Of a DNA stretch of 64,000 nucleotides, positions 17,952 through 28,271 are shown in pieces (within the stretch, counting starts at the first letter, position 1; each line of letters begins with the position of its first letter). The translations under genes and the position numbers were made by a program. The notes beneath the pieces were generated by a model. It searched no databases. It had not been told where the DNA came from and saw only the letters and a list, made by a program, of their open reading frames with translations. The stretch is taken from NCBI GenBank assembly GCA_044229975.1, contig JBGARZ010000022.1, positions 89,537 through 153,536 on the forward strand, given 5' to 3'. The DNA comes from Polyangiales bacterium (GTDB taxonomy: Bacteria; Myxococcota_A; Polyangia; Polyangiales; Ga0077539).

Positions 17952-18647
17952 ATGAAGATCCGACAGCTCATTCTTTCTGCGGCCGCGATGATGGTTCTCG
18001 GCACCGGCTGTATCGTCGAGGTGTCCGACCGCAACGCCTACGAGACCTGTACCTCCGGCCAGATCTGTGGCAGCGGCACGATCTGCCAGGCGGCGACGTT
18101 CACCACCCAGGGCGGCCCGGCCAACCAGTGCACCGTGTCCTGCGGCGCCGGCTCGATCTGCCCCGGCATCAACGGGCAGTGCGTGGTCAACACGTCCGGC
18201 ATCGGCCAGTGCTTCCGTACCTGCACGAGCACCTTCGAGTGCGGCTCCGGCTCCGAGTGCCGCGTGCCTGTCGGCACCGCCATCCAGGTGTGCCTCCCAA
18301 TCGCGGGCACGGCCGTTACCCCGACGCCGCCGGCCGTCTACACCGGCTGCTCGCCCGCGGGCGCGGTCTGCGCAAGCAACACCACCTGCCTGCCCACGTC
18401 GTACGTCCGCGCGGGCGGCGTGCAGGGCAACACCTGCACCATCGCCTGCCCGAGCGGCGACGCCCGCATGTGCCCCGGCTACTCGCAAGACCCGACGCGC
18501 ACCGAGTGCGTGGCGCCCAACGGCAACCTCGCCCAGGCCCAGTGCATGCGCCTCTGCCCCAACGGCGAGTCCGACTGCGCCCCGTACCTGACCCACTGCG
18601 CGGCAGTGCCGATGGCCGCGGGCACCCTCGCCGCCTGCGTTCCGTGA
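17952..18647 (+). CDS. Cysteine-rich lipoprotein
   Basis: AAGGAG RBS, lipobox GTGC, and repeated C-x(4-6)-C modules. Confidence 0.85.
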   Translation: MKIRQLILSAAAMMVLGTGCIVEVSDRNAYETCTSGQICGSGTICQAATFTTQGGPANQCTVSCGAGSICPGINGQCVVNTSGIGQCFRTCTSTFECGSGSECRVPVGTAIQVCLPIAGTAVTPTPPAVYTGCSPAGAVCASNTTCLPTSYVRAGGVQGNTCTIACPSGDARMCPGYSQDPTRTECVAPNGNLAQAQCMRLCPNGESDCAPYLTHCAAVPMAAGTLAACVP

Positions 18648-18685
18648 GCTGACGCCTCGGCGTCGTCTCTCCCTCCGCTCGACTC

Positions 18686-21145
18686 CTACCGCACCGCTTC
18701 CAGCCACACCGGGTTCGTAAACGCGAAGGGCACTCCGTTGGAGTGCGGCAGCACCTGCTCCAGGTTGCCCTGCGGCCCGCGCGCCGTCGCCAGCACGAAG
18801 TCTCCCGGCGACACCCTCATCGGAACCGTCGCGTCGAAGCGCACGCGCCCGCTCCCGAGCGGCACCGCGAGGCGCTCGGCCACCTCGCCGTTGCGCAGCA
18901 GCTCCACCGCGTCGACGCGCATCCACGGCGGCGCCATCACCACCACGCGCACCTGGACGGTCGTCGGCGCGGCGAGGGGCAGCGGGTCACCCGGCTCGTG
19001 CCCGTCGACGGTGAGCAACACCATCGGACCCGACGTCCCGAAGGCCCTCCCGCGACGCAGCGCGCGCAGGATGGCGGCCTGGTCGTCGGGCGCCTCTCCG
19101 GGGAAGAGGTGCACCATGGTGCGGGGGTAGCCGGCCCACTGATACGCGATCGTGTGCGAGTCGCTCGACGCGGTGCCGAGGTAGCGCCGACCGCGCTGGA
19201 GCAGCGAGGTCCAGTCGTGGAGCACGCGCTCCACCTCGCCGATCTGGCCGATGTAGAAGCCGTTGAAGACCTCGATGGCGTCGTAGTTGGGGTCGTACGC
19301 GGGCGACACCGCGCGGCCCGTGCGCACGTCGAGGCCGGTGACGTTGAAGTACCCGATGTTGGGCTGCATCCGGGGGTGGTTGACCTGGATGATCCCGTCG
19401 GGCGAGCGCTGCCGCGCGGCGGCGAAGATCTCCCGCGGGAGGATGTTGACGTACGGCGGCGGACCACCCTCGGGCGATCCCTCGCGCGCGGGATACGGGT
19501 ACACGTTGAAGTGCCCCCAGGGCTGCGCGCTGCGGTCGGTGGTGACCTCCACCGCGGGCACCCAGTGGAGCGGCGCCGCGACGTTGGGGGGCAGCAGCGC
19601 GACGCCTTCGCGGTAGTCGCCGACGACGTTGTGTTCGGTGGGGGTCGCGAAGCCGACGCCCTCGGCCACGAGCGAGGCGACGCGGTCGGCGATGGAGACG
19701 TGCGAGTCGAAGCTCGGGTTGGCGTGCACGTGCAGGTCACACGCGACCCAGCCGTCCATGGGGACGGCGTGCGAGAGGCCCACGTCGAGCTCGCCGCGCA
19801 GGGTCTCGGTGACGGTGACGTCGCGGGTCGCGAGGGTCCACTCGGGGCCGTGCGAGACGGTCACGCGGTACGAGCCCGGGGCCAGCGGAAACACCGCCTG
19901 CCCGCTCGCGGCGACGACGACCACACCGGCGCCGAGGGCGTGGTGCGTGGGGCCGAGCATCGGGTCGGGCGTCGGCGCGATGCCGCGCACGGTGATGCGA
20001 ACGGGCAGCGCGCTCTCGGGGTGGTCGTCGTCGTGGGCGGTCACGCGCAGCGACGCGCCAGGCGGCAGCGACACCTCGATGGGCACGGCGCCGGTGGTCT
20101 CGGGGCGCACCTCGAAGGCCACCGGGTCGCCGACGGCGGAGCCCGGCGCGGTGACCCACGCGACGTAACGACCCGGCGTGAGCGGGAGCGTCGCGCGCTC
20201 GTTGGTGGGCGCCGACACGAGCACGGCCTGACCCTCCGGGGTGGTGATGGTGACCGTCGCCGGGTTGCGCTGCGCGCCGCGCACGACGACCGAGACGTCC
20301 GTGACGGGGCGACCGCGGGCGAGCATCACGGCGCGCTGGAGATCACCGAGCTGACCGGGGAGCTCGATGAGCATCTCGTGGTCGGTGACGGCCCCGGCGG
20401 GGCGGAGGTCGGTCGCGGGGTGCAGCACCTCGGTCGCGCCGCGCGAGGCGGTGTGCTCGTGCATCTCGCTGGTGAAGCGCAGGTCGAGGTCGGCGTCGCC
20501 CGCGCGCGTCCACGCGACGGCGAGGTTGTGCTCGGAGGCGCCGACCCAGGGGGAGGTTCCTTCGTGGGACTTGGTGTGGACGCCGAGGGCCGGGGCGAAG
20601 GGTGCTTCATCGCCCCACGCGAGGCGCGCCCCGAAGCGGACGCCGCGTACGAGGTGGTCGCCAGCGTTGACGATGCGCGTGCGGACGTGGAGCGCGCGGC
20701 GGCCGGGCTCCATGGCGTAGTCGCGGGTGAGCGTGAGGGTGTCGTCGTGGTAGCGGTAGCGCGCGGTGAGGCGGAGCGTGGGCGTGGCGTCGAGGAGGAC
20801 GGCTTCGAGGCGGGTGCTCGACGCGTCGAGCTCGTGGTCGCCGATGGCGACGAAGAAGTCGACGGCGCGCAGCGGGTCGAGCGCGGGCGCGGCGCGGTCG
20901 GTGACGCGCAGGATGCTGCCGGGGCGCCCCGATCGCACCTGGCGCGAGTCGCCGACGAGCAGCACCTGGAGCTCGGGCGTGCGGAGAAACCAGTCGCCCG
21001 CGATGAGGTCGCGCACGGGGGCAGGGTGGTCGCGGTCGACGCGGCGCAGCTCGACGGAGCCCACGACGAGGCTGGTGCGGAGCGACGGGCGGCAGGTGCT
21101 GAGGACGAGCGCGAGGGGGAGGAGCGGAAGGAGGCGGCGGGTCAT
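18686..21145 (-). CDS. CehA/McbA-type PHP-fold metallohydrolase, exported
   Basis: Signal peptide; DLHVH, TEHN, GHFN, NHPR and SSDSH metal-binding motifs; carboxypeptidase-regulatory-like middle domains. Confidence 0.85.
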   Translation of the reverse strand: MTRRLLPLLPLALVLSTCRPSLRTSLVVGSVELRRVDRDHPAPVRDLIAGDWFLRTPELQVLLVGDSRQVRSGRPGSILRVTDRAAPALDPLRAVDFFVAIGDHELDASSTRLEAVLLDATPTLRLTARYRYHDDTLTLTRDYAMEPGRRALHVRTRIVNAGDHLVRGVRFGARLAWGDEAPFAPALGVHTKSHEGTSPWVGASEHNLAVAWTRAGDADLDLRFTSEMHEHTASRGATEVLHPATDLRPAGAVTDHEMLIELPGQLGDLQRAVMLARGRPVTDVSVVVRGAQRNPATVTITTPEGQAVLVSAPTNERATLPLTPGRYVAWVTAPGSAVGDPVAFEVRPETTGAVPIEVSLPPGASLRVTAHDDDHPESALPVRITVRGIAPTPDPMLGPTHHALGAGVVVVAASGQAVFPLAPGSYRVTVSHGPEWTLATRDVTVTETLRGELDVGLSHAVPMDGWVACDLHVHANPSFDSHVSIADRVASLVAEGVGFATPTEHNVVGDYREGVALLPPNVAAPLHWVPAVEVTTDRSAQPWGHFNVYPYPAREGSPEGGPPPYVNILPREIFAAARQRSPDGIIQVNHPRMQPNIGYFNVTGLDVRTGRAVSPAYDPNYDAIEVFNGFYIGQIGEVERVLHDWTSLLQRGRRYLGTASSDSHTIAYQWAGYPRTMVHLFPGEAPDDQAAILRALRRGRAFGTSGPMVLLTVDGHEPGDPLPLAAPTTVQVRVVVMAPPWMRVDAVELLRNGEVAERLAVPLGSGRVRFDATVPMRVSPGDFVLATARGPQGNLEQVLPHSNGVPFAFTNPVWLEAVR

Positions 21146-23013
21146 TCGGGCAGGCGTGTCCAGTGGAGGGAGTCGGCGTTGAGGCGCGAGCCGTCGACGC
21201 GGCGGGCGCCGAAGTAGAGGCCATGGGCGCGCACCTCGGCGGGCGTGGCGGGGAGGTCGACCTCGGTGCGGGTGACCTCGCCAGGGCGCACGAAGGCGGC
21301 CATGAGAACGCCATCGTAGGGGAGGAAGGCGTAGGTGCTGGCGGGGTCCTGCCGGTCGCCGTTGGGATGGAGCGGGCCCCATCCGAGCTCGAAGCCGAGG
21401 TCGTAGGGCCACGGCTCGTTGGCCACGAGGAGCAGCGTCACGTGGCTGCCGCGCGGGGCGGCGGTGACGCCGTAGCCCGCGATGGTGAGCGAGTGGCCGA
21501 CGTCGACGTGGGCGGCGTGCACGCGCGGGTCGGTGTCGAACTCCACGTAGCGGCCGCGGGCGTAGGTGCGGACGGGCCAGTGCTCGCGGAGGACGATGTA
21601 GTCGCCGACGACGTTCCAGACGCCGTAGCGGCGCCAGAAGAGCGCGTTGCGGACCGTGACCTCCTCGGAGTTGCGGAAGAGTTCCTGCGTGCCGGTGTGG
21701 AGGTTGCGGTGCTCGGTGGAGATGACGACGTACTCGGCGGCGCGCTCGGGCGGCTGCTTGAAGCGGAAGATGCGCGTGCGCTCGGCGAAGTGGGACAGCG
21801 TGAAGTCGGGCCCGCTGTACGACGCATCGGCGGGGATGAGCGATGCGATGGTGTCGAGCGCCGGCTGCCGGCTGTCGGCGCGGTGGTCGCGCAGGTGGAA
21901 GCGGCGACCGATGACGGGGAAGACGCCCGCGCGGTGTTGCATGTGGAGCGTTCCGGCGGAGACGGCGGCGAGGACGAGGAGGCCGTAGCGCTCGGGCTGG
22001 AGGGCGCCGACGGCCATGATCCAGGCGGCGCCGTGGATGGCGGCGACGATGACGAAGGGCACCGCGAGGGTGCTGTAGTGCGAGTGGATCTGCACCGCAG
22101 TGGGAAACTGCGACAGCAGGTTGATGCCGATGGGCGCGAGCGCGGGGATGAACCATCGCGGGCGCAGCAGCGGCAGCAGCGCGACGGGCGCGAGCAGGCG
22201 CGGGACGTAGAGCAGGCGCACGGGCGTAGCGAGCTCACGGAGGGTGGCGATGGGGTGCGTGAGGAGCTGCGCGAGGATGGAGGCGGGGGACGATCCGAGG
22301 TGGCCGAAGTGGAGCTGGAGCGAGCCGGTGCGCGGGAGGTAGCGGGGCGCGACGACGAAGAGGTAGACGCAGAACCACGCGGTGAACGCGACGAAGGCCG
22401 CGAGCCCGATGGGGCGGTGCTTGCGGTGGGTGGCGAGGGCGAGGCCGGTGAGGGCGGCGCAGAGGGCGACGTCCTCGCGGCAGAGGGTGGCGACGAAGAG
22501 GGCGACGACCCCGGCGACGGCGCGGCGCTGATCGAAGAAGTCGAGCGCGATGCACAGCGGGAGCAGCGCGAGCGAGCTGGGGTGGAACTCGTAGCTGGCG
22601 ATGGAGCCGACGGTGGGGAAGAGGAGATAGACGAGGAGCGCGACGTAGGGGGCCGCGGGGTGGCCGATGCGGCGCGAGGCGATGCGGGCGAGGGGGATGC
22701 CCGCGGCGGCGACGGCGGCGGCCTGCACGACGAGGAGCAGCGGGACGACGGAGGCGAGGCGCCCGAGGAGACCGAGCGGGATGAGGATGATGGAGAGGTG
22801 CAGGCCCCACAGGGGCGCGCCGACGAGGGGGTTGTAGAGGTCGCCGTGCCCCGCGCCCCAGACGATCCGCGTATAGAACGCGAGGTCGAAGGTGTCGTTG
22901 TGCCAGGTGCGGAAGCGCGTGAGGGCCATCGCGCCGAACAGCACGGCGGCTGCGAGGCTGAGGTTGGAGATGGCGCGCCAGGGGAAGCGCTCGTCGGCCC
23001 GGGGGTCGTTCAA
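21142..23013 (-). CDS. DUF2079 family multi-TM protein (GT-C-like)
   Basis: FDLAFYTRIVW, GLHLS, YEFHP, REDV and HYS motifs with many TM helices. Confidence 0.8.
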   Translation of the reverse strand: MNDPRADERFPWRAISNLSLAAAVLFGAMALTRFRTWHNDTFDLAFYTRIVWGAGHGDLYNPLVGAPLWGLHLSIILIPLGLLGRLASVVPLLLVVQAAAVAAAGIPLARIASRRIGHPAAPYVALLVYLLFPTVGSIASYEFHPSSLALLPLCIALDFFDQRRAVAGVVALFVATLCREDVALCAALTGLALATHRKHRPIGLAAFVAFTAWFCVYLFVVAPRYLPRTGSLQLHFGHLGSSPASILAQLLTHPIATLRELATPVRLLYVPRLLAPVALLPLLRPRWFIPALAPIGINLLSQFPTAVQIHSHYSTLAVPFVIVAAIHGAAWIMAVGALQPERYGLLVLAAVSAGTLHMQHRAGVFPVIGRRFHLRDHRADSRQPALDTIASLIPADASYSGPDFTLSHFAERTRIFRFKQPPERAAEYVVISTEHRNLHTGTQELFRNSEEVTVRNALFWRRYGVWNVVGDYIVLREHWPVRTYARGRYVEFDTDPRVHAAHVDVGHSLTIAGYGVTAAPRGSHVTLLLVANEPWPYDLGFELGWGPLHPNGDRQDPASTYAFLPYDGVLMAAFVRPGEVTRTEVDLPATPAEVRAHGLYFGARRVDGSRLNADSLHWTRLPE

Positions 23014-23088
23014 GGCGCGGCGGAGGTTACAGCGAGATGTGCCTCCTTGACACCAGCGTCCGCGGAGGGCGATGCGCTCCCCATCGCC

Positions 23089-23724
23089 ATGATGACCGCC
23101 GGGCTCTACGCCATCGTCGACGTCGACTCGCTCCGCCGCGCAAACAGAGACCCGGTGGACTTCGCGTGCCGCGTGCTCGCCGCCGGCTCTCTCGCTGCCA
23201 TCCAGCTACGCGCGAAGTCTGTCGGTGCGCGTGAACTCCTCGCGCTCGCGGCGGCGCTGCGGCCGTGGTGCACCGCGGCGGGCGTTCCGTTCTTCGTCAA
23301 CGACCGGCCCGACGTGGCGTGGCTCGCGTACGCCGACGGCGTTCACCTCGGTCAGGACGACCTGACCATCGAGCTCGCGCATCGGGTCGCGCCCAACCTC
23401 CAGGTGGGCCTGTCCAGTCACACGCCCGTGGAGTTCGAGGCCGCGCTCGCGACCGACGCCGACTACGTCGCGGTGGGGCCGGTGTTCGCGACGTCCACCA
23501 AGACCGACGCCGCGCCGGCGGTGGGCACCGCGACGTTGCGCTCGCTCACAGCCCTCGCCGCTGGCAGGCCGGTGGTGGCCATCGGCGGCATCACGCTCGC
23601 CAATGCGCCGGAAATCCGCGCCGCGGGCGCTCGCGCGGGTGCCGTCATCGGCGCGTTGCTGGTAGACGATGTCGACGTGACCGCAAACGCGCGCGCCCTC
23701 CACCGGGCACTGGGTGGCAACTGA
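23089..23724 (+). CDS. thiE: Thiamine-phosphate synthase
   Basis: LYAIVD, IQLRAK, VNDRPDVA, DGVHLGQDD, GLSSH, GPVFATSTK and VAIGGI. Confidence 0.93.
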   Translation: MMTAGLYAIVDVDSLRRANRDPVDFACRVLAAGSLAAIQLRAKSVGARELLALAAALRPWCTAAGVPFFVNDRPDVAWLAYADGVHLGQDDLTIELAHRVAPNLQVGLSSHTPVEFEAALATDADYVAVGPVFATSTKTDAAPAVGTATLRSLTALAAGRPVVAIGGITLANAPEIRAAGARAGAVIGALLVDDVDVTANARALHRALGGN

Positions 23725-23725
23725 C

Positions 23726-24352
23726 ATGGTCGATCCGATCTCCCTGGGACTCCTGATGGCCATCGGCGCGGGCGGCGCGGCAGCGGTTACCCGCTGGCGG
23801 CGACGGCGCGAGGGCGCGTCGATGCAGGCGAAGCTGACCAGGGAGGCGAAGCCCGCGAAGGCCGTGGCGAAGCCCGCGCCGGTCGACGAGGGGCCGCGGG
23901 TGTCGCGCGAGGCCGGGGCGTACCGCGTGGGCGAGGTGCTGCTGTTTCTCGGCGAGGAGTACTGGCTGTCGGGCGAGCTCGCGCTGGTGCGAGAGGGCAC
24001 GCCCGCGCTCACGCTTTTCGTCGCCCCGGAGAAGGGGAAGGACCGCTGGCTCGCCTCGCCGCGGCAGGGCGAGGTGCTCTACGCGCTGGAGGTCGACGAG
24101 GCGCTGGGGCGCATGGGGTGGCCGGGGACGGAGGTTCCGCACGCGGGCGGGACGATGCGGCGGGTGGAGCAGGGCGACTGCACCATCGTCGCGAGCGGCG
24201 AGACACCGGATGGTTGGTCGGGCAGCGGGCGGTACGCGGTGTTTCGCGCGATGGAGACCGTGGCCGTCGTCGTCGAGCAGGGGAGCAACCGGCTGTCGCT
24301 GAAGGGCAAGACCGTCCCGCGGCGACTGGTCGAGCGGCTCAACGCAGGCTGA
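23726..24352 (+). CDS. Membrane-anchored DUF4178-like protein
   Basis: N-terminal TM helix followed by YRVGEVLLFLGEEYWLSG...RWL, a pattern like DUF4178; starts immediately after thiE. Confidence 0.5.
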   Translation: MVDPISLGLLMAIGAGGAAAVTRWRRRREGASMQAKLTREAKPAKAVAKPAPVDEGPRVSREAGAYRVGEVLLFLGEEYWLSGELALVREGTPALTLFVAPEKGKDRWLASPRQGEVLYALEVDEALGRMGWPGTEVPHAGGTMRRVEQGDCTIVASGETPDGWSGSGRYAVFRAMETVAVVVEQGSNRLSLKGKTVPRRLVERLNAG

Positions 24353-25226
24353 AGCCGTCGGGCAGCGGGGCCGTCGCGGCGCCGACCTGCAACGCATCGA
24401 ACCACCGCGCGAAGCGATCGTCGTCCACCGAGAGGCGCTGGAGCCACTGGCGGAAGTAGCGGTGCAGCGCGTCGGCGCGCGGGTGCGTGTCGCGGTGATG
24501 CAGCAGGAAGTCCTTGTAGTTCTGCACCTTGTCGGCGCGGAGCATGTCGCCCACCTCGGCGAGCGGTGACATCGCGATGTCGTCGATGGAGTCCACCACG
24601 CGGCGCGAGAGGTGGGCGTTGGCGATGTGGCGGTACTCCATCGCGAGCACCAGCACGGCGGGGTCGTCGGAGAGCGCGGCGAGGTCGGCGTAGCTGCCGG
24701 GCAGGTCGTCGTCGAGTTGCAACAGCGGGTGCAGACACCACGCGCGCTTCGCCCGGTCGGTGGCGCCGAGGTCGCGCAGCACGGCGAGGCCCTCGTCGAT
24801 GTGGTTCATGTAGAGGACGCCGCTGCGGGCGGCGCGGCGGCCACCGAAGTGGCGCTCGATGGCGCGGTACTCCCGTGTCTGCGTGAACTCTCCCGCGAGC
24901 ACATAGGTGACGCCGCGGCGTTGGAAGAAGCGTTCGAGGTCGCAGTCGGGCCCGGTCACGAAGGGGAGCCCGGCGGCAGCAACGTGGCGCGAGAGGTGAC
25001 CGCTCCCGCGGTGCGACGCCAGCACATACACCGATTGGTGACGGACCCCATCGGGGCTCACGCAGACGGTGCGCGCGCCCCAGGTCGCGCCGTCGGCGAC
25101 GAGGGCTTCGGTGAGGCCCTCCCAGCGCCAGGCGTCCATGAGGCCCTGCACGGCGCGGTGCTCGAAGTAGGTCGCCGCGTCCGCGAGGGTGTCAGCGTCG
25201 GGGTCGAAGCGCGGTGGGTCGCTCAT
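24339..25226 (-). CDS. Hypothetical protein: GNAT-like N-terminus plus degenerate SpoT/Mesh1-type HD domain
   Basis: SVYVLASHRGSGH (GNAT motif A-like); RSGVLYMNH, LHP (HD replaced), ADKVQN and YFRQW. Confidence 0.6.
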   Translation of the reverse strand: MSDPPRFDPDADTLADAATYFEHRAVQGLMDAWRWEGLTEALVADGATWGARTVCVSPDGVRHQSVYVLASHRGSGHLSRHVAAAGLPFVTGPDCDLERFFQRRGVTYVLAGEFTQTREYRAIERHFGGRRAARSGVLYMNHIDEGLAVLRDLGATDRAKRAWCLHPLLQLDDDLPGSYADLAALSDDPAVLVLAMEYRHIANAHLSRRVVDSIDDIAMSPLAEVGDMLRADKVQNYKDFLLHHRDTHPRADALHRYFRQWLQRLSVDDDRFARWFDALQVGAATAPLPDGFSLR

Positions 25227-25297
25227 CGCGTCGGAGTCTACCAGCGGCCCTCACACGCCGGTCGCGTCGCTCTGCCCCGTGGTGCTACACCGGCCCG

Positions 25298-28054
25298 GTG
25301 ACCGATCGCGCCCGCGTCGCGCTCCGACTCGTCCTTTCGCTCGTCGCTGCCGCTGCGCTCGCGCTGCTCCTCCGCCCGCTGCTCTCGCACGGGCCCGTCA
25401 CCCTCCACCTCACGGGCCTCCCCTTCGCGCACCGCCTGCCCGATGAGCTCCGTCAGCCCATCGATCTGCTGCGTCCGCAGTTTCTCTACGGTCTCGCGCT
25501 GCTCCCGTGGTTCGTCCTCTTCGCGCTCTCGTCGCTCGCTGACCTCTCGGCCCTCCAGCGCTTCATCTCGACCGTCGCGCGCACCGGTCTCCTCGCGCTC
25601 ATCCTGCTCGCGCTCGCGCACCCGACCTCCACCCGGCGCTCGGCCCGCGTGTGCACCGTCTTCCTCGTCGACGTGTCCGAGAGCGTCCCCGACGCGGCCA
25701 TCACGGGCTTCCACCACACCGTCGAGGAGGCGCTGCGTCAGCCCGGCGATCACCTCTCGCGGGTCGTTCTCTTCGCGCGTCGACCCGTGGTGCTCGACCT
25801 CCCAGCGCACGTCGATGCCGCTCACCCGCTGCCGCCCTTCGACCCGTCGCGCGTCGGCTCTCGCACCGGAACCGACCTCGCCTCAGCCCTCTCCCTCGCC
25901 TACGGGCTCTTCCCCGCCGACGCGCTGCGCCGCGTGGTTGTTCTCTCTGATGGCGTGCAGACCGACGGCGATGCGCTCGCCGAAGCCCACCGCGCGACGC
26001 GCTTCGGGGTGCGTGTGTCGGTCGTTCCGTCGAGGGCCCCAGCGCCCGCCGAGGTCGCCGTTCGCGAGGTGCGGCTGCCCGATCGCATCCGCGTCGACGA
26101 GCCCTTCGAGGCGCGGGTGTCGGTGTTCTCCACGACCGCGGGTAGAGCGACCATCACGCTCTACCAGGGCGAGACCATCAACGGCCTCGATGGCGCGCGC
26201 ACCGTCGACCTCGTCCCCGGCGTGCAGGAGCTGCGCTTTCGCTCGGTGGTGCGCGTTCCCGGTGACGTGACCTACGTCGCGCGCATCGCCGCGCAGGGGG
26301 GTGATCGCTTCGCCGAGAACAACCGCTTCGCGACGGCGGCGACCGTGCCGGGCCGACCGGCGGTGCTCTACGTTGAGGGCGACACGGCGAGGGCGCAGTG
26401 GTTCCGCGGTGCGCTCGCCAACGGGGAGTTCGAGGTCGAGCTGCGCGGGGCCAACGGGGTTCCGCAGTCGACGCGCGAGCTGGAGCGATTCGACTTCGTG
26501 GTGGTGAGCGACGTGGCGGCGGAGTCGGTCCCCGCGTCGGCGCAGGACGCGCTCACGCGGTACGTGCGCGAGATGGGCGGCGGCTTCCTGATGGCGGGCG
26601 GCGACCGCGGCTTCGGGCTCGGCGGCTGGCAAGGCACCGCCCTCGAACGCCTGCTCCCCGTGCGCGCGGAGTCCGACCGTCGCCGCGATCAGCCGTCGCT
26701 CGCGCTCGCGCTGGTCATCGATCGCTCCGGCTCGATGCAGGGCAACCCGTTGGTGCTGGCGCAGTCGGCGGCCGTGGCGACGGCGCGCGCGATGGCAGCC
26801 GATGATCTGCTGGAGGTCATCGCCTTCGACTCCGAGCCCGACCGGGTGGTTCGCATGCAGGCCGCTCGCAACCGCGCGCGCATCGAGAACGAGCTCCGTC
26901 GCCTGCGCCCCGGCGGCGGCACGGCCATCTTCCCGGCCATGGACGCCGCGCAGCAGGACCTCGCGCTGACCCGCGCCATCACCCGCCACGTCATCCTGCT
27001 CACCGACGGGCAGGGGCAACCCGACGAACCGTCGCGCTTGCGGGTGCTGGTGGACTCCATGGCCGCCGATGGGCTCACGGTGAGCACCGTGGGGCTCGGG
27101 CCCACCGTCGATCGCGAGCTGCTGGAGTCGCTCGCGCACCACGGTCGCGGGCGCAGCTACTTCACGGCCGACGCCAACAACCTGCCGCAGATCTTCCTGC
27201 GCGAGACCAACGAGGTGTCGCGCAACGCCGCGGTGGAAGACCCGGTGCAGCCGCGCGTGGTGGGGAGCGCGGGCTTCCTGCGCGAGCTCCAGGGAGCGCC
27301 GCCGTTTCTGTATGGGTACGTGAGCACGCGCGCGAAGCCGGCGCCCGCGCAGGTGTTGATGGAGACCGACTCGGGCGAGCCGCTGCTGGCGCGCTGGCGC
27401 GTGGGCCTCGGCTGGAGCCTCGCGTGGACCAGTGACCTGAAGAACCGCTGGGCCGTCGAGTGGATCCGCTGGCCGCGGTGGCAGGCGTTCTGGACGCAGC
27501 TCGTGCGAGAGCACATGCGAACGCGCCGGCGTGAAGAGCTGGGGATGCGCGCCGAGGTGGTCGACGGCGAGGTGCGGGCGAGCGTGGACGCCATCCGCGA
27601 CGACGACCGCTTCGAGAACGGGCTCACCTCCGAGATGGTGCTGCGCGGCCCGTGGCCCGACACGACGGAGCAGCGGGTCGCGATGCGACAGGTGGGGCCG
27701 GGGCGCTACGAGGCCGCGCTGCCGCTGGAGCGGTACGGGGCGTTTTCGCTACGCGCGGTGCACCGGCGCGACGGTCAGGTGGTGGCCGAGAGCCGGGGGA
27801 GGGTGGATCACCCGTACCCGCGCGAGTACGCGACGCTGGAGCCGGACGTGGGGTTGCTGAACGCGCTCGCGGCGGCAACGGGCGGGGCGGTGGATCCGTC
27901 GGCGCGGGCGATGTTCGACGCGCGGGGTGAGTCGCTGCGGCATCGGGCACCGGTGTGGAAGTACCCGGTGATGCTCGCGGTGGTGATGATGCTCATCGAC
28001 CTCCTGCTGCGGCGTGTGCGGGTGTTCGATCGGGGGTTTCGCGCGCGGCGGTAG
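25298..28054 (+). CDS. Membrane protein with two vWA domains and a GATase-like (DUF1355-type) domain
   Basis: MIDAS motifs DVSES and DRSGS, LSDG/LTDG, GGGFLMAGG, PLLARWRVGLG, and TM helices at both ends. Start estimated (GTG). Confidence 0.85.
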   Translation: MTDRARVALRLVLSLVAAAALALLLRPLLSHGPVTLHLTGLPFAHRLPDELRQPIDLLRPQFLYGLALLPWFVLFALSSLADLSALQRFISTVARTGLLALILLALAHPTSTRRSARVCTVFLVDVSESVPDAAITGFHHTVEEALRQPGDHLSRVVLFARRPVVLDLPAHVDAAHPLPPFDPSRVGSRTGTDLASALSLAYGLFPADALRRVVVLSDGVQTDGDALAEAHRATRFGVRVSVVPSRAPAPAEVAVREVRLPDRIRVDEPFEARVSVFSTTAGRATITLYQGETINGLDGARTVDLVPGVQELRFRSVVRVPGDVTYVARIAAQGGDRFAENNRFATAATVPGRPAVLYVEGDTARAQWFRGALANGEFEVELRGANGVPQSTRELERFDFVVVSDVAAESVPASAQDALTRYVREMGGGFLMAGGDRGFGLGGWQGTALERLLPVRAESDRRRDQPSLALALVIDRSGSMQGNPLVLAQSAAVATARAMAADDLLEVIAFDSEPDRVVRMQAARNRARIENELRRLRPGGGTAIFPAMDAAQQDLALTRAITRHVILLTDGQGQPDEPSRLRVLVDSMAADGLTVSTVGLGPTVDRELLESLAHHGRGRSYFTADANNLPQIFLRETNEVSRNAAVEDPVQPRVVGSAGFLRELQGAPPFLYGYVSTRAKPAPAQVLMETDSGEPLLARWRVGLGWSLAWTSDLKNRWAVEWIRWPRWQAFWTQLVREHMRTRRREELGMRAEVVDGEVRASVDAIRDDDRFENGLTSEMVLRGPWPDTTEQRVAMRQVGPGRYEAALPLERYGAFSLRAVHRRDGQVVAESRGRVDHPYPREYATLEPDVGLLNALAAATGGAVDPSARAMFDARGESLRHRAPVWKYPVMLAVVMMLIDLLLRRVRVFDRGFRARR

Positions 28055-28077
28055 AGAGCGCACGGCGGAAGGGGCCG

Positions 28078-28231
28078 CCAGGGCGCAGGGGTCGCAAGGA
28101 GAAGAGGTCTGGGGGTGGCGTTGGTGGTCGGGGCGTTCAGCGTGCGCCACGCGACGTCAGAACTCCCTCGCGCGACATCACGCCGTCATGTGATGTGAGA
28201 GGTCTTCTTCCCTGCGACCCCTGCGCCCTGG
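28078..28231. repeat. Intergenic inverted repeat between convergent genes
   Basis: CCAGGGCGCAGGGGTCGCA (28078-28096) is perfectly complementary to 28213-28231, with further imperfect purine/pyrimidine pairing inside and an internal loop of about 100 bp. Confidence 0.75.
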
Positions 28232-28271
28232 AGAGCCCTTGGCTGTCGTAGACCACGAAGCGTGAACTCGC

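Noticed and set aside
18686..23724. 1156-aa and 853-aa ORFs suggesting fusions (PHP hydrolase; ThiE)
   Set aside because: The N-terminal extensions are off-frame or antisense readings of the DUF2079 gene; recognisable sequence starts at 21145 and 23089.
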